From an uncultured virus (IMG/VR IMGVR_UViG_3300028887_000006) (taxonomy: Duplodnaviria > Heunggongvirae > Uroviricota > Caudoviricetes), in IMG/VR virus record IMGVR_UViG_3300028887_000006: a stretch of 20,000 bases of DNA; one strand, given 5' to 3'. How positions within the stretch are numbered: position 1 is the stretch's first letter; every line of letters starts with the position of its first letter. The notes under the pieces are model-generated. The model did not search any database. It had not been told where the DNA came from and saw only the letters and a list, made by a program, of their open reading frames with translations. A program made the translations under genes and the position numbers. Shown here in pieces: positions 18,220 to 20,000 of the stretch.

Positions 18220-18321
18220 GATTCTAACGGTGGCTGTGGATTTATTTCATTGATTTTCCTTTCTCTCGACATCCCCACAGCCATACACAAGTGAGTGCGG
18301 CACTTCCGTTAGAATCCGCAC
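18220..18321 (+). ncRNA. candidate structured RNA (three-way junction with anti-RBS loop and pseudoknot)
   Basis: Perfect pairings 18220-18230/18306-18316, 18231-18239/18275-18283 and 18289-18293/18301-18305; loop GTGCGG complementary to CCGCAC 18316-18321. Confidence 0.55.
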
Positions 18322-18342
18322 ACTAACACAAAAGGACACGCT

Positions 18343-18567
18343 ATGAACAAAGATTTATTATTATCACTTGTACAAAGAATTGAAAAGTTAAACTCTGATG
18401 CAGAAGCTATTGCTGCTGATATCAAAGAAATCTATCACGAAGCAAAGATGCAAGGGTTTGATGCAAAGGCTATCAAAAAATGTATTGCTTTGCGTAAAAA
18501 AGATAAAGATGAACTTGAAGAAGAAGACGAAGTTTTGAAACTTTATCGTTCTGCTTTAGGTTTATAA
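18343..18567 (+). CDS. gapR: GapR / DUF2312 nucleoid-associated DNA-binding protein
   Basis: L.S.VQRIEKL...IAADIKEIYHEAK..GFDAKAIKK.I.LRKKD..E..EE..VL.LY..ALG matches the DUF2312 consensus. Confidence 0.9.
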   Translation: MNKDLLLSLVQRIEKLNSDAEAIAADIKEIYHEAKMQGFDAKAIKKCIALRKKDKDELEEEDEVLKLYRSALGL

Positions 18568-18571
18568 TCAG

Positions 18572-18626
18572 TTTGGGGTGGTCTGCTTCATGATAAATCT
18601 CTTCTCTCTTTCTTCCCCACCCCAAA
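18572..18626 (+). ncRNA. candidate hairpin sRNA with anti-RBS/anti-AUG loop
   Basis: Perfect 10-bp stem TTTGGGGTGG/CCACCCCAAA around a 35-nt pyrimidine-rich loop. Confidence 0.5.
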
Positions 18627-18640
18627 AGAGAGATATATTT

Positions 18641-18726
18641 GGGTAGGTAGCGAAGCGGTCAAACGCATCAGACTGTAAATCTGACACCTTCGGGTTTCGA
18701 TGGTTCGAATCCATCCCTGCCCACCA
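18641..18726 (+). tRNA. tRNA-Tyr (GTA)
   Basis: Acceptor GGGTAGG/CCTGCCC, anticodon arm TCAGA-CTGTAAA-TCTGA, long variable arm, T arm GATGG-TTCGAAT-CCATC, encoded ACCA end. Confidence 0.95.
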
Positions 18727-18744
18727 AGAATAAAGGAGTTGAGC

Positions 18745-18807
18745 ATGATTTGGGTGTTAATAGGAATTTTAATTTTTACTTGGTTTGTAATAAAGGATGA
18801 ACAATGA
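18745..18807 (+). CDS. 20-aa hydrophobic micro-protein
   Basis: RBS AAAGGAG; MIWVLIGILIFTWFVIKDEQ; ATGA overlap with the next ORF. Confidence 0.5.
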   Translation: MIWVLIGILIFTWFVIKDEQ

Positions 18808-18968
18808 AGAAACACTTAATAGTTAGAATACTCTTGTGTATAGCAAGTTTTGCTTGCGGTATATATTGGGAACGCAGTGCAAGTTGGCACGACCAAGAAG
18901 AATGGATGCAGTATGCACAAGAAGCGTGCGACCTGCGGATTAAAACACTGAAAGCAACTTGTAAATAA
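18804..18968 (+). CDS. small membrane-anchored/secreted protein (54 aa)
   Basis: RBS AAAGGA; MKKHLIVRILLCIASFACGIYW... has a basic N-terminus and a hydrophobic helix. Confidence 0.6.
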   Translation: MKKHLIVRILLCIASFACGIYWERSASWHDQEEWMQYAQEACDLRIKTLKATCK

Positions 18969-18978
18969 GGAGAGCAAA

Positions 18979-19566
18979 ATGAAAAAGAAAGAAATTACAT
19001 TACAAGACATTTTTGATAAAATGGAAGAATTAAACTCTAACTTTACAAACCGCATAAATCATTTGTCGGATTGCGTAAGGTCGTTCTGTGAAATTGATAA
19101 TACCGAAGTCAAATCGGTTGAAAGTCACGACGGTGTTATAATAACAGACAAAGATTATATCACAATCACTGCTGACGATGTATATGTTGGCGGTGCGCCA
19201 GCAAGAGAATATCACGGTCAAGAGATTTATAGTCGATATTTTTGCCCTGCTTATTTCAAAGAAGCCAGAGATACGATTCGAGAAGAATATGGTTATGAGT
19301 TGCTTGAAATACATTGTTTACAATCTTCAACAGATGGCGAATATGCAAAATCTGGGAACCCAGTGCCAGACGAAAAAGGTAAATATTGCTGGGTAAGAGT
19401 GAAATATAAAGATAAATATGGAGCGCCTGCGGCTTCGCTTTGGGTGTTCGGCCTCACGTACAGTTCGGCTTCCGATTGCGCGAGCGGCTGTGCGAACAAC
19501 TGCGGTGGCAGCGTCCGTTACAACTCCGATATGCGTTCGGGCTTGTTCGGGTCTGTGCGTAATTGA
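18979..19566 (+). CDS. hypothetical protein with a C-terminal putative DGR variable region
   Basis: 195 aa, RBS AAGGAG; C-terminus YCW...SLWVF...Y.SASDCASGCANNCG.SVRYNSDMRSGLFGSV encoded by a GC-rich, NNC-rich block. Confidence 0.75.
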   Translation: MKKKEITLQDIFDKMEELNSNFTNRINHLSDCVRSFCEIDNTEVKSVESHDGVIITDKDYITITADDVYVGGAPAREYHGQEIYSRYFCPAYFKEARDTIREEYGYELLEIHCLQSSTDGEYAKSGNPVPDEKGKYCWVRVKYKDKYGAPAASLWVFGLTYSSASDCASGCANNCGGSVRYNSDMRSGLFGSVRN

Positions 19567-19613
19567 TGTGCCGGAATGCGAAGGTGGGGTTTGGGGCGGA
19601 ACATCTGCCCCAA
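19423..19613 (+). other. putative DGR variable repeat plus 3' hairpin
   Basis: 47 consecutive codons with no third-position A; about 62% GC over 19421-19560 (hand count); hairpin TTGGGGCGGA-ACA-TCTGCCCCAA at 19591-19613. Confidence 0.65.
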
Positions 19614-19639
19614 CAACGAAAAACAAAAGGAGAACGACA

Positions 19640-20000
19640 ATGAGTAAAGATATTTGGCATAAAGCAGATGAGGCACCAAAAGCAGAAAGATATTTTATTG
19701 AACATTATAAAGTAGTAGTTGGTGACAAAGTTTATTGGAAATATGGTCTTTTTAAGGGAGTTAGTAATTACGATTATCCGTTTGACCAAGACACAGCAAG
19801 ATGGTGTTATCTTGATGACCTGCTTGCACTTGAAACCGAATTGGAACGCACACGCAAGGCATTGGATGTCACAACAGGGTTTATTAAAGGAATATCACAA
19901 ACAGTAATAAATGATTGTGATAATCAGTATGTTGTGTTGGGCAATTTTAAGAAATTCGCAGAAGACACTTTAAACCAAATCAAAACAGCACTAGAACAAA
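19640..20000 (+). CDS. hypothetical protein (partial, runs off the window)
   Basis: RBS AAAAGGAG, ATG at 19640, open to the end: MSKDIWHKADEAPKAERYF...WCYLDDLLALETELERTRKALD. Confidence 0.7.
   Translation, partial: MSKDIWHKADEAPKAERYFIEHYKVVVGDKVYWKYGLFKGVSNYDYPFDQDTARWCYLDDLLALETELERTRKALDVTTGFIKGISQTVINDCDNQYVVLGNFKKFAEDTLNQIKTALEQ

Noticed and set aside
18727..18800. Theta/HDV-like ribozyme downstream of the tRNA
   Set aside because: The 3' flank is an RBS and a small ORF, with no nested double-pseudoknot pairing visible.
18588..19907. Minus-strand ORFs across the tRNA and early genes, and the plus ORFs 19178-19396 and 19719-19907
   Set aside because: They overlap the tRNA or better-supported RBS-bearing genes (18979 and 19640) in other frames.
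1..20000. DGR reverse transcriptase/template repeat, integrase, or stop-codon recoding
   Set aside because: No RT motifs, second VR copy or recombinase seen; genes are full length and tightly packed under the standard code.

Overview
This is a low-GC tailed-phage genome segment with two divergent arms. The minus arm (1-14724) is a podovirus-type virion module: major capsid protein, two paralogous decoration/fibre genes, a BspA-like LRR protein, T7 gp11/gp12-like tail adaptor and nozzle, and four putative internal/ejection proteins. One of these (1380 aa) carries an ADP-ribosyltransferase (ART-PolyVal-like) domain and an HExxH zincin motif. The plus arm (15219-20000) holds early genes: a putative replication initiator, Gp157, a Sak/Rad52-like annealase, GapR/DUF2312 (pointing to an alphaproteobacterial host), tRNA-Tyr(GTA) and small ORFs. 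Three observations stand out. (1) An early gene ends in what looks like a DGR variable repeat with a downstream hairpin, although no RT or TR is present in the window. (2) Two look-alike hairpins flanking gapR have 35-nt loops that are antisense to an RBS plus AUG, making them candidate translation-silencing sRNAs. (3) A pseudoknot-capable attenuator leader precedes the early operon. All family calls come from motif recognition by eye; no database searches were run.
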